IMG/VR virus record: IMGVR_UViG_3300002052_000634 | Location: 1-64,000 of that record | DNA from: a virus | Strand: one strand, 5' to 3' | DNA: 64,000 nucleotides | Shown: positions 30,850 through 40,622 of the stretch, in pieces | Numbering within the stretch: the stretch's first letter is position 1 | How the letters are laid out: every line of letters starts with the position of its first letter | Translations under genes and position numbers: made by a program | The notes under the pieces: generated by a model | Databases searched by the model: none | Told to the model about the DNA's origin: nothing | The model's input: the letters and a program-made list of their open reading frames with translations, nothing else

Positions 30850-33090
30850 TTATTTATTACGACCAAAAGCTACATCGTCAATTTGCTTCTTTATTTTTCT
30901 ATAATAACCATCATCATTAATTTTAGAACCGACTATTTCAGAAGCAGTATCTTTGTTTGTTTTGGCTCTTGCCTTTTCTAATGATAATCTAGCTCTTTCG
31001 AACTTATCATCATTAACTATTTCTTCGTCTGTTAAGTAATCTTTACCAATTATCTCTTGTCTCTCAAGAATTTTCTTCGCATTTTCTTGATAGAATTTTA
31101 TTTTCTTATCAGTATTTTTCTTAACCTTTGCAAGTTCTGCCTCTAACTTTTTTTGAGTATTATTACTCTTTTTTGATTCATCAAGATGTTGCTTTATAGC
31201 TTTTCTAACACCAGCTTTAAATATCTCTTCTCTTTTAGAAGTCTCAGTTATAATTGTTTTCATATCTTTACGAGCTTTTCTTAGTTTTCTCTGATGTTTC
31301 TTCATAGCTTTCTGGTAACGTTTCAAAAGAGTAGTCATCTTTAATTCTCTTGCTCTTTTAAGAATTTTATTTCTAACTGAATCAGCACTTACGCCTAATT
31401 TTTTCAAGGTTTCCTTAACTTTAGTTTGAGCTAATCTTGCTAAAGCATTACGAACATGAACTTGGTCATTTATAGGAAACATTCGAATTTTACGAGGTTC
31501 TCCTGTTCTCTTATTTTTTACTGTCTTAACAATAGCAAATAAACTATCAGGAAGTGCTTTTCGTGTCTTAGTAGTCATTTGTTCAGACTTACCTGGCTGT
31601 CCTGCTCCTGGACGTTCTTTTCTTCTCATCTGACCGCCACATTTGGGACATTTCAAATCTTTACAGTGAGAATCTGAAGCTTTAGAAAAACCGCATTTAA
31701 TACATTCGCAATTAAACTTAGCACTTTTTTCTATTTCATCATCACCTTCTATTTCCTTTACTGTAACATCAATATCTTCAACCTCTATTAAGTCTTCGGA
31801 GACAGGAGCTTCTGGCTTCTTCTCCTCTTTAGCTTTAACTTTTTCCAGTCTTTCGGAAATTACTTTCTTATTATCTTCCTCTGTAGATTCGAGAAAATCA
31901 TGAATCTTTTCTGCCATATTTTTTCCTCCTTTTTCCGAAGCTTTTGTAGGCTCATTTGCCTTATCTTTAGTTTCATTTATTGTTGCAATTCTTTTGCTAG
32001 TTTCTTTATAACTATCCGTATAAAACTTCAATCCGCATTTAGGACATGCCACTTGTCTAACATTTACATCCGATATTCCTTCTATATTTATTTTAGCGTT
32101 ACACTGAGGACAATTAATATGTCCAGAATATATGAATCTAGATTTAAATAAAGGATTAGTTTTACTATTTTTAGCAAAAGTAATATTATATTCTTTAGAA
32201 CAATTCATACATTTTAATTTGGCTTTTTCATCATCTCTTGATATAATTAACCAATTATTTACTTTACAGGAAGGGCAAAGTATTTTAAAATCTTTAACTT
32301 GAGGGGGATATTTCATATTTCCAGTATTATCAAGAATAGCAAAACATTTGGGACATTTAATACTAACTTGACCTTCACCTACTTCAAACTCTTCTCCACA
32401 ATTTGAACATTTTACCTTTATGAGAGTTGCGGTAGTAGATTGTCCAGCCATTAATATTTCATCTTCTTTATATTTGGAAGCATAAACAAGTTCAGGTAAA
32501 GCAGTATCATCATTAGCCATCATCAAAACTTTAGCATTTTTAAAAGCAGGAGCGTTGTCTTTGTCTTCGTATATTAAAGCTCCTCCTGCGATTTCCATGT
32601 TGTGAAGTTCATAAGTTCCGTCTTTATAATATTTGCGTTTATCCTTTGGAGACCATATTTCGAATGAAGAAGAAAGTTTCTTCTTCTTAAATAGTTCTTG
32701 AGCCTTTTTCCATAGTTCTATATAGTAAGTTTTGTAATAAACACCATAAGCAATTGCTTCATTTTCCTTTTGACGATAACGAAAATCTATATAATGCCCA
32801 ACTACTTTATCTCTATCGTGATTTATATTTATAGGTTTTCCTATAATTTGCGGAAGAACCTTTATTAACTCATTTTTTGGTAATATAGCTCCATTAGCAT
32901 TGGGTTCGTTTATAAAAGCATATACCGTTTTAAAAAATCCTAAATCCCTAGCTGTTATGTCCATACCTCTTGCTTTAGCTATTTTTTCTAGCTCACTTTT
33001 TTCCTTACCTTCTTCTAATAGAATCGTTTCTGAATTTTCTGTATAATCATTCAAAAATTCTTCTATTATAACATTATTTAATCTTTCCAT
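30850..33090 (-). CDS. Prohead protease-scaffold fusion with multiple zinc ribbons
   Basis: NANG..KPININH..VVGH..SSFE..PAF protease-like N-terminus; many CxxC; LPDSLFA..FPINDQVHVRNALAR; coiled-coil C-terminus. Confidence 0.7.
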   Translation of the reverse strand: MERLNNVIIEEFLNDYTENSETILLEEGKEKSELEKIAKARGMDITARDLGFFKTVYAFINEPNANGAILPKNELIKVLPQIIGKPININHDRDKVVGHYIDFRYRQKENEAIAYGVYYKTYYIELWKKAQELFKKKKLSSSFEIWSPKDKRKYYKDGTYELHNMEIAGGALIYEDKDNAPAFKNAKVLMMANDDTALPELVYASKYKEDEILMAGQSTTATLIKVKCSNCGEEFEVGEGQVSIKCPKCFAILDNTGNMKYPPQVKDFKILCPSCKVNNWLIISRDDEKAKLKCMNCSKEYNITFAKNSKTNPLFKSRFIYSGHINCPQCNAKINIEGISDVNVRQVACPKCGLKFYTDSYKETSKRIATINETKDKANEPTKASEKGGKNMAEKIHDFLESTEEDNKKVISERLEKVKAKEEKKPEAPVSEDLIEVEDIDVTVKEIEGDDEIEKSAKFNCECIKCGFSKASDSHCKDLKCPKCGGQMRRKERPGAGQPGKSEQMTTKTRKALPDSLFAIVKTVKNKRTGEPRKIRMFPINDQVHVRNALARLAQTKVKETLKKLGVSADSVRNKILKRARELKMTTLLKRYQKAMKKHQRKLRKARKDMKTIITETSKREEIFKAGVRKAIKQHLDESKKSNNTQKKLEAELAKVKKNTDKKIKFYQENAKKILERQEIIGKDYLTDEEIVNDDKFERARLSLEKARAKTNKDTASEIVGSKINDDGYYRKIKKQIDDVAFGRNK

Positions 33091-33114
33091 TGTTTCGTCT
33101 CCTTTATAAGTATA

Positions 33115-34206
33115 TTAAGTGATAGCGGTTATTTGACCATCTACAACTGTTATCGTTTTTCCATCAGTTGTTGTAAATGTTCCATTTATTCCGTTTTTCT
33201 CTGTTAGATTATTTAAAGCATCTTTTACGGTATCTCCAGTTACAGAAGAATCGTTTTTTGTTCCTGACGCTCTTTCTATCAAAACTGGATTATCTGGAGT
33301 TGTAAATGTCGGAGTTCCTGAAATTATACAAGAACTTGTCAGAAAACAAGCATCTATTGTTTCTGAAGCTAAATAGACACCTGCTCTATCAAATAAATGT
33401 AGAACTAAAGTTGCAGGGTTGGAAAAAGCTATCCAACCTAATTCTTCGGCTCCTATTAGAGTAACTCCTCTCGAAATAAGATGAGCTTCTTTTCCATTAC
33501 AATTAAAAACAGAAGGAGAGTTAGTAGGTGCACCAAGACCTATACAAGATGTATAGTTAAGAGTTACATCTTGATAATTTTCAGTATATCTAAATATTTC
33601 ATTAGCTCCAGTATCGAATAATCTATAAAACCATATATTTTTAAAAATTACATCTTTTCCATACCAATAACCGCCATTTACAGTTTTACTTATTTTTCTT
33701 GTTCCAGAATAAAATAAATCTCCTTCAAACTCAATATGACTTATATCTTTTATAGCTGTTGAAGTTATTGTCATATCAGTAATAACAATAATTTTTCCTC
33801 CATTTAAAATTCTTAAATAATCGATAGCATCGTCAAAATTATCATAATCTGCTCCTGATGTGCCTACTGTGATTATAACACGACTTAGACCGATAGCATC
33901 TTTGGTTTTCCATTTTCCAGAAACAGAATCATATATAAGCGTTTGACAGTCTGTAGGAGTGCCAGATTCAAACTCTACATCATCAAGTTCAGATAAATTA
34001 GAAACTCCTCCTTCTGAAGGGCCTTTTGCCTGCCATGTTCCAGAAGCATTATCATAAGTTAAAATTTGCCCATCAGTAGGAGTTCCGCTAAGAAATTCTA
34101 CATCATTTAAATCTTCTAAATTTTCTACAGTAGATAAACTAGAATCATCTAATACTTTTTGAAGCTTGCCCGTAAAGGGATTTAATTTATGTTTAAAATT
34201 TGCCAT
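33115..34206 (-). CDS. Virion accessory/fibre protein
   Basis: LNPFTG N-terminus; two LxDLxDV..PTDGQxLxYD modules; ITVVDGQIT C-terminus. Confidence 0.55.
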   Translation of the reverse strand: MANFKHKLNPFTGKLQKVLDDSSLSTVENLEDLNDVEFLSGTPTDGQILTYDNASGTWQAKGPSEGGVSNLSELDDVEFESGTPTDCQTLIYDSVSGKWKTKDAIGLSRVIITVGTSGADYDNFDDAIDYLRILNGGKIIVITDMTITSTAIKDISHIEFEGDLFYSGTRKISKTVNGGYWYGKDVIFKNIWFYRLFDTGANEIFRYTENYQDVTLNYTSCIGLGAPTNSPSVFNCNGKEAHLISRGVTLIGAEELGWIAFSNPATLVLHLFDRAGVYLASETIDACFLTSSCIISGTPTFTTPDNPVLIERASGTKNDSSVTGDTVKDALNNLTEKNGINGTFTTTDGKTITVVDGQITAIT

Positions 34207-34217
34207 TATATTTCTCC

Positions 34218-34466
34218 TTATGCTAATTCATCGTATGTTATATAAGTCAAAGAAGTTCTATTAGCCCATTTATTATCTCCTCTACCTGCATTGGCATATC
34301 TATATTCAGTTTCATCTGATTTTTCTCTCATTATAATTGCCTGACCTCTCGGATGAATATATAAATAATAATTATAAAGAGTACCGCTTTCTTCTCCTGA
34401 TTCGTTCTCAGCTATATTATGAATCATAAATTCTGAAATATCTGAGTCTCTAAATTTTGTTCCCAT
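34218..34466 (-). CDS. Small virion-associated hypothetical protein
   Basis: YRYA..WANRTSLTY motif. Confidence 0.5.
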   Translation of the reverse strand: MGTKFRDSDISEFMIHNIAENESGEESGTLYNYYLYIHPRGQAIIMREKSDETEYRYANAGRGDNKWANRTSLTYITYDELA

Positions 34467-36136
34467 TATTCTTCCTCCATTAATTCTAATATTTCGTTTA
34501 TTTGAGATTTAGTTAGACTTGCCTTTCTTATCCATTTTTTTCCACGTTTCTTATATTTTAATTTAACATTTCTCCAAGCACTTTGTCTAGCTTGAGTTTC
34601 ATTCTGAGTTTCTTCGTATACAGCATTAAAGGTTTTTATCCATATTGTTCTTGCTCCTGCTGGTAAATTTTTTAATTGTGCTGGATAATTGGTCTTCGTA
34701 TAAGGAGCAATTTCTAAATCTTTATTTTTACTCATATCAAACTTTTCATTATCGTCAACTTTATCTCTTGGAATGGGTCTTCCATTTGTATCCACTTCTT
34801 CTCTTTCTTCTTCCTGTGGAGAAATATCCGATTCTCTGTTATCTGTTATGTGAGGGTACATTAAAATTTCAGTACCATCTTTAGCTTCTTTTTCACGTCT
34901 ACTTTTCTCAGTATCAAAATCTGTTTCTCCAACCAATTCACAATATGTCTTATTCGATAATTGCCCATGTTTCCATAGTAATCTAAGTTCCTGCTTAAAT
35001 CTATCGTTAATAAAACCCCTAACTGGAGAGGACGTGATATGAAATTCTGAATTTTTATATTTTATGGAAGTAGAATTTTTTTCTAAAGCTAAAAGTAGTA
35101 TTTGATAAAGTAAGAGTTTAAAATCTTCCACTCCAGCCCTTATTTCTTCTATAAAAGCTTTAGGATTAATAATAGCTTCTCTTCGAGTCTCAGATACACT
35201 TTGAACAATATCCACAAATCCTAATCCACTAAGAATATTCTTTTCAGCTTGTTCGAAAAGTTTAGGAGCGAAAGCTGTTGCTAAATCGGGAATTAAATGT
35301 CTTATTTCCTCAGCATAATCAGTAACTCTCATTTTTGTCTGAGAATCTCTACTGCCAAAATTGTCTTTATACTCTCTTAATAATGCTTGAATATCTTCAT
35401 AAATAGCCTTAAATTCGGCATCTGTATAAGTTTTACCTGCTGTAGTTAAAGTATCGCTACCTTTCTTAACTAACATCATATAAGGAATTATTTCTTCAAC
35501 AACTTTACTTCCAAATTGTTTAAGAGATTCTATTATTTTATAATTATGATATACTCCTCGTTTTATTAAGAAAGGAACTGGATACTTATCAAACCATCTA
35601 CCATAAGGACGAGAAAAAATAACTCCAGCATCTAATTTTGCTCTATCATTATCAGTATCTCCTAAATAATAATCATAACTATCTAAAGTTAATACTTCAT
35701 CATCATCCTTTGGTTTAGCGAGTATTTCTTTACCATCTATAAAGAACATTCGAGAAGGTAGTTGGAATCCTCCAAAATTATCCCATTTAGTAATTTTAAG
35801 AACGGGAAAAGAAGAACCTTTCCATCTTTCCTTAAAATATTCTTTCGCAAGGGATTTTATTCCAGGAGGTATTTTACCGTTATAATCCTTATTTACTTGT
35901 AATGCCCATTTTCGTAAAATTTTAGTAAGATTATTATTGCTCGTTTCTATTCCATATTCTACTGTTGCACTTTCAACCGCAAAGTCAGTTAAACTATCTA
36001 TAATACCACTAACATCATCTCTAAGCATAACTTCGATAGCTTGAGCTTGTTCTTTGAAAGTATCTGGTATAATTATTTTCTTTAAAAATAATGAAAACAA
36101 ATTATGTAAAAAAACCGTAGAATCTATCGTACTCAT
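34466..36136 (-). CDS. Portal protein with C-terminal ChaB-like domain
   Basis: Follows terminase; C-terminal LPAGARTIWIKTFNAVY..AWRNVKLKY..KW. Confidence 0.75.
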   Translation of the reverse strand: MSTIDSTVFLHNLFSLFLKKIIIPDTFKEQAQAIEVMLRDDVSGIIDSLTDFAVESATVEYGIETSNNNLTKILRKWALQVNKDYNGKIPPGIKSLAKEYFKERWKGSSFPVLKITKWDNFGGFQLPSRMFFIDGKEILAKPKDDDEVLTLDSYDYYLGDTDNDRAKLDAGVIFSRPYGRWFDKYPVPFLIKRGVYHNYKIIESLKQFGSKVVEEIIPYMMLVKKGSDTLTTAGKTYTDAEFKAIYEDIQALLREYKDNFGSRDSQTKMRVTDYAEEIRHLIPDLATAFAPKLFEQAEKNILSGLGFVDIVQSVSETRREAIINPKAFIEEIRAGVEDFKLLLYQILLLALEKNSTSIKYKNSEFHITSSPVRGFINDRFKQELRLLWKHGQLSNKTYCELVGETDFDTEKSRREKEAKDGTEILMYPHITDNRESDISPQEEEREEVDTNGRPIPRDKVDDNEKFDMSKNKDLEIAPYTKTNYPAQLKNLPAGARTIWIKTFNAVYEETQNETQARQSAWRNVKLKYKKRGKKWIRKASLTKSQINEILELMEEE

Positions 36137-36137
36137 C

Positions 36138-37988
36138 TTATTCTCCTTTTATAGTTTCAAATTTCTTAGTTAAGCGTTTTAGTTCAGAGACCGCTATACT
36201 TGCTCTTGTAGTATCTCCTCTAAATGTATAATAATTAGCTCTTTCTAATAGCAAGGTTCTCACATATTTGTCAAACTGGCTTTTATCACAATTAACTAAT
36301 TTGCCTTGATGAATTTTATTTATTATTTCTTCTTTAGTTTCTTTAATATCTTCTATTTTTTTCCTAAGAGAACTAATACCTAATCCAATTTCAGAAGTCA
36401 TGTTAGGAGTAGTATTAAAATCTTTTTTTAACCATTGAGCAATGGAAAATACCCGAAAAGCTGACCAGTAATGGTCTCCTGTTTCACTAATGCACTCATA
36501 CGTTGTACGAGTATCTGATTTCGTAGAAATTACCGAACTAAACTGATTATCAAATTTATAATCTTTTTCGGGTATAAATAATCGAGGTTCATAAAGTAAT
36601 ATTTTAAGTCTTTTTATTACCCATTCCGACATAAATTCTTCTCGAACTATGGGCTTACCTTTTTTATCTAATTTGATAGATTTATTAGCATCTTGTTCAA
36701 AACCAGAAATCACTTTATCATTTCCTCTATACCATACTAAATTCTTCTTATATCCTGCTTTTTCAAATTTATCATATAATCCTCTTCCACATGCTTCTCC
36801 ACAATCAAAACCTAAAACATTAGCTTGAGTTTGTTCAACTAAATATTTAAAAATTTCATATTGTTCTTGTTCGGTCATATTATATAAAATAATATTATAT
36901 AATAAATAATATTTATCTCCGATTTCTGATAAAATAATTATATCAGAACCTCCCGCACCGTCGCCTACATCAGAACAAATAAAAATACGGTCTATATTCT
37001 TAGGTCTTTCTACTATAATTAAATTTTTAAAATTTTCAAATTGTTCTTTTTTTAATTCGAATCTTTTAATTTCTCGATTTTTTAAATATGCAAATTTAAC
37101 TCTTTCCATATCAAAAGTAGAAAAAGCGTCTTCAGCAACTTCGCCCTCAAAATATATTCTGAAATTTAAACTTTCTTTTCCACCGTAATCTTTTTCCGCT
37201 TCTAAAATATCTTTATCTGAACAAGTGGGATTAACATATCGAGGTAAATTTAAAATTTTGTCTTTATTTATAGGGTCAAAAAATATTTTACCTATTGGAG
37301 AATGTTTAAGAAAATTAGTCATCCCTGCTAATCGAAATATAGACCCTAACTCTGAACAACTATCACGACGTTTCTTATATATTTCTTCATTTTCGAATGA
37401 AATTTCGTCCCCCCACATCTTATCCACATGAAGCTGATAAAAAGCACTTCCAGGAGATTTTCCAGATAAATGCATATTAACGCCATGAAGAGTCCAATTA
37501 TTTTTTCTACCGTAAAATTTAATAGCAGGTTTATATCTACAAATAAAATAGAAAATCTTAAAAATAGGATGATATTTCATTGCTTTTTCTACAGCAGTTA
37601 GAATACCTCGTAATCTTTTTTCATCTATAGAATAGAGCAAAGCTTTCAGATTTTTCTCATAAAGAGCAGAAAGGGCGATGTCTATAATAAGAGATATTAA
37701 TGACTTCCCAAAAAGCCTCGCTCCAAGATTATATAAATCTCCTATATTTTTTCTTAAATCGAAAGTTTGTTTATCGCTTAATTCATGATATTTTTGCATG
37801 GCTTTAAAATCATAAATAGATTCATATGATAACATAGGCAATTGGTATTTTCGAATTTTACCATAAGCTTTTTTATCAAAGTGCCCTAAATTATCAAAAT
37901 CGTCAAATAAACATTCCGCTAAAGTTACTGGATTATACCATGAAGTTATAAAGTCTAATTCTTTTTTTGAGATTTTTTCTATAAGCAT
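36138..37988 (-). CDS. terL: Terminase large subunit
   Basis: Walker A-like GARLFGKS, Walker B MWGDE, RNase-H-like ICSDVG / GFDCG / GDH. Confidence 0.8.
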   Translation of the reverse strand: MLIEKISKKELDFITSWYNPVTLAECLFDDFDNLGHFDKKAYGKIRKYQLPMLSYESIYDFKAMQKYHELSDKQTFDLRKNIGDLYNLGARLFGKSLISLIIDIALSALYEKNLKALLYSIDEKRLRGILTAVEKAMKYHPIFKIFYFICRYKPAIKFYGRKNNWTLHGVNMHLSGKSPGSAFYQLHVDKMWGDEISFENEEIYKKRRDSCSELGSIFRLAGMTNFLKHSPIGKIFFDPINKDKILNLPRYVNPTCSDKDILEAEKDYGGKESLNFRIYFEGEVAEDAFSTFDMERVKFAYLKNREIKRFELKKEQFENFKNLIIVERPKNIDRIFICSDVGDGAGGSDIIILSEIGDKYYLLYNIILYNMTEQEQYEIFKYLVEQTQANVLGFDCGEACGRGLYDKFEKAGYKKNLVWYRGNDKVISGFEQDANKSIKLDKKGKPIVREEFMSEWVIKRLKILLYEPRLFIPEKDYKFDNQFSSVISTKSDTRTTYECISETGDHYWSAFRVFSIAQWLKKDFNTTPNMTSEIGLGISSLRKKIEDIKETKEEIINKIHQGKLVNCDKSQFDKYVRTLLLERANYYTFRGDTTRASIAVSELKRLTKKFETIKGE

Positions 37989-38044
37989 ACTATTTTAATT
38001 AAATGAGCTAAATAGAAGAAGGTAGCGACAAACAAGGAAGGAAA

Positions 38045-38659
38045 TTATGAAGCACTGTAGAAACGTTTTTCTAGAAAATCTATATATCGAACTCTAGTGT
38101 CATAGATTTTAGCTAAGTCTTCTTTTGTTATTTTTTTGTCTGTTTTATATAATTTCCATAAATAGTCGTTAGTCAAAAATTTACCTTTAAAAAAAGGGTG
38201 TTTATTTAAATCATAATTTTTTACTTTAAATATAAAAAATATTAATTTTTGACAAAAAGGACAAGGTGCAGTATAATCGGCTTGATTTTCTTCTCTATGT
38301 TTTTCAAATTTTTTGTCTACTTCTTCAAATATTTGATAAGGGTCTTTAGCTTTTTTATCCTCAAATAATCCTAATTTTTCCCGAAGTGTAAGAGTCTGAG
38401 TTTCTATATCATTTAAACGTTCTAACCATATTTTAGGAACAACTTCGGCATCTGTTACTGTTTTACTTTTAGTTAAATCTTCGATTTTATTTTTTATTCG
38501 AAGAATTAAGATTTCATGGAATACTAAAGATTCTAACAGTTCTAAGTCGTTTATTTTCTCATAGTTATAAATCTTACAGTATTTGTCAAATTTCCGTTTG
38601 GCTCTCTTACGTTCCGCAGAAGATAAACCTGCTCCCTGGAACTTATAAGCTTTTGACAT
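38045..38659 (-). CDS. Putative terminase small subunit
   Basis: Directly upstream of terL; helical, LREKLGL; gene order. Confidence 0.5.
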   Translation of the reverse strand: MSKAYKFQGAGLSSAERKRAKRKFDKYCKIYNYEKINDLELLESLVFHEILILRIKNKIEDLTKSKTVTDAEVVPKIWLERLNDIETQTLTLREKLGLFEDKKAKDPYQIFEEVDKKFEKHREENQADYTAPCPFCQKLIFFIFKVKNYDLNKHPFFKGKFLTNDYLWKLYKTDKKITKEDLAKIYDTRVRYIDFLEKRFYSAS

Positions 38660-38694
38660 ATTTACCTTACTTGTTAATATTCAATAAGTTACAA

Positions 38695-38722
38695 ATAAAA
38701 GCACCGCCCTAAAATGGGCGGT
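38695..38722 (-). terminator. Intrinsic terminator in the leader of the packaging operon
   Basis: ACCGCCC-ATTTTA-GGGCGGT followed by GCTTTTATTT. Confidence 0.65.
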
Positions 38723-38729
38723 TTATTAT

Positions 38730-38798
38730 TTATATATAAAGAGAAGATATAATTGTAATAAAATATGATAATATATAATAAGATATAAAAATAGACAT
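38730..38798 (-). CDS. Putative 22-aa hydrophobic leader peptide MSIFISYYILSYFITIISSLYI
   Basis: AGGAGAGGG RBS, between promoter and terminator. Confidence 0.35.
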   Translation of the reverse strand: MSIFISYYILSYFITIISSLYI

Positions 38799-38821
38799 AC
38801 TTTTACCCTCTCCTACTATAT

Positions 38822-38850
38822 ATTATATCATATAAATAGCTTGGTGTCAA
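38822..38850 (-). promoter_or_regulatory. sigma70-type promoter
   Basis: TTGACA-17-TATAAT with extended TG. Confidence 0.85.
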
Positions 38851-38964
38851 GGGTAGCGAAACAATTATTTTTTATCGTCCTCTTTAAGCATTTGTTCTTT
38901 TATTTGTCTAAAAAATTTAATAGCTTTCTTCGTCTCTTTATCTAATTTAAGATTTCGATAAAAT

Positions 38965-39630
38965 TTATTTAGAGTTCTTCTTATGTTTATTTTGCTCGCC
39001 ATGTTCTTGTTTCCTTTTCCATTTATAATATCTTTTCATAATTTCTTCGAAGCTTACAGGATAGAAATTCCAACAATCTACACCAACATTGATAGCATCG
39101 GTAAAACCAAAGGAGGTTTTTATCCGTTTAATTTGCCATGCTAAATGAACATGCCCTACTAGATTTATTTTATAGTTAGGGTCGACGTGAGCAGGATTGT
39201 GTACTATATTTATTCTTTTACCTCCATATCGAATTACTAATCTTTCGATAGGAGTTTTTACTCCATTATTTCCGTCATGATTTCCTTTACAAAACAAAAT
39301 TTTTCCATTCAATTTCTTCTCTATTTCTGTAGGTTTAATCGGAAGTCCTTCTCCTTTTTTTCCACCTGGAGAATTCTTAAAAATGAAATCGCCAACAAAA
39401 ATAACTAAATCTTCTGGTTTTACTCTTTCATTCCAACGTCTAATTAATTCTTTATTCATTTTATCTAGAGATTCGAAACTAATAGCGAATTTTCGTTGTT
39501 CTTCTTGGGATTTATTTTTATAAATTTCATATAACTCTTTATCTTCTTTAGTCATAAATTCAGTACGACCTACATATTTTAAAATATTAGCATGGTTAAA
39601 GTGAGTATCTGCTGAAAACCAAAGTTTCAT
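38965..39630 (-). CDS. Calcineurin-like metallophosphoesterase
   Basis: ADTHFNH, VGDF, KGNHD, GHVH, INVGVD. Confidence 0.9.
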   Translation of the reverse strand: MKLWFSADTHFNHANILKYVGRTEFMTKEDKELYEIYKNKSQEEQRKFAISFESLDKMNKELIRRWNERVKPEDLVIFVGDFIFKNSPGGKKGEGLPIKPTEIEKKLNGKILFCKGNHDGNNGVKTPIERLVIRYGGKRINIVHNPAHVDPNYKINLVGHVHLAWQIKRIKTSFGFTDAINVGVDCWNFYPVSFEEIMKRYYKWKRKQEHGEQNKHKKNSK

Positions 39631-40622
39631 TTCTTTCCTTTCTCATCTGCTTCTTTCAAAGGACTATCTTGTTCTAAGTGATGTAAGACTAAATTTTTTA
39701 CAATTTCTCTTCTGTCATTAGACCACTTTAAATACAAAGCTAATCTGGTCACAAATTCTACTGCTAACAATTCATGCTTTATATAATTACTTCTATCTTC
39801 TCTATCAGTTCTCACGAAAGGTTTACCAATATCATGTAACAGTCCTGCCCATCTAAGATTTATTTCTTTAGGAGTATTAAGAACTACTCTCTTTGTATGT
39901 TCCCACAAAGTAAAGTTATGATGAGGGCTGTTTTGTTCATAAGCTATTTGCAAAGATAATTCTGGAAGTATAAAATTCAATAATTTTGTTTTTGCCAAAA
40001 ATTCTAATCCTACTTCTGGATGGTCTGCCAATAGTAATTTATCGAGTTCGGCTACCCATCTTTCCTTACTAATCTGTAATATTTTATAATTCATAGAATT
40101 TACAGCATGATAAATAGAAGGATGTATTTCAAATTCTAACTGAGAAGCGAATCTAGCTACTCTAAGCATCCTCAAGGGGTCTTCTTTGAATCTCTCATTT
40201 GGCTTTCCAACACATCTAATAATTTTATCTTGAATATCTTTTCTTCCACCAAAAGGGTCAATGTATCTATCTCCTGTTTTAGCAATAGCGTTAATGGTAA
40301 AATCTCTTCTGCTTAAATCAGCAGTGATGTCTTTGACAAAAGTAACTTCAGGTTTTCTACTTCCAGATTTATATTTTTCATTTCTAAATGTAGTTATCTC
40401 AATTAGATTACCGTTTATTTTTACTCCTAAAGTCCCGAATCTTTTTCCTGTCAAATAAGGTCTTCTACCTGCTTTTCTAATAGAAGCTTCAATTTCATCT
40501 GGAGTTAAAGGAGTAGTAAAATCAAAATCTTTAGGAACGTTCCCTAAAATTTTATCTCTAACTGCTCCTCCTACCATATAGAGAGGACTAACTATTTTTT
40601 TGACTTCTTCGTATATAGTCAT
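39627..40622 (-). CDS. cca: Class II CCA tRNA nucleotidyltransferase with HD domain
   Basis: VGGAVRD, DFDF, EITTFR, RRDFTINA, EDPLRMLR, LLHDIGKP. Confidence 0.9.
   Translation of the reverse strand: MTIYEEVKKIVSPLYMVGGAVRDKILGNVPKDFDFTTPLTPDEIEASIRKAGRRPYLTGKRFGTLGVKINGNLIEITTFRNEKYKSGSRKPEVTFVKDITADLSRRDFTINAIAKTGDRYIDPFGGRKDIQDKIIRCVGKPNERFKEDPLRMLRVARFASQLEFEIHPSIYHAVNSMNYKILQISKERWVAELDKLLLADHPEVGLEFLAKTKLLNFILPELSLQIAYEQNSPHHNFTLWEHTKRVVLNTPKEINLRWAGLLHDIGKPFVRTDREDRSNYIKHELLAVEFVTRLALYLKWSNDRREIVKNLVLHHLEQDSPLKEADEKGKK

Noticed and set aside
39627-40622. Poly(A) polymerase instead of CCA enzyme
   Set aside because: No PAP-specific signature recognised; the E.Y..GSRKP loop and HD domain fit CCA-type enzymes, though exact specificity is untested
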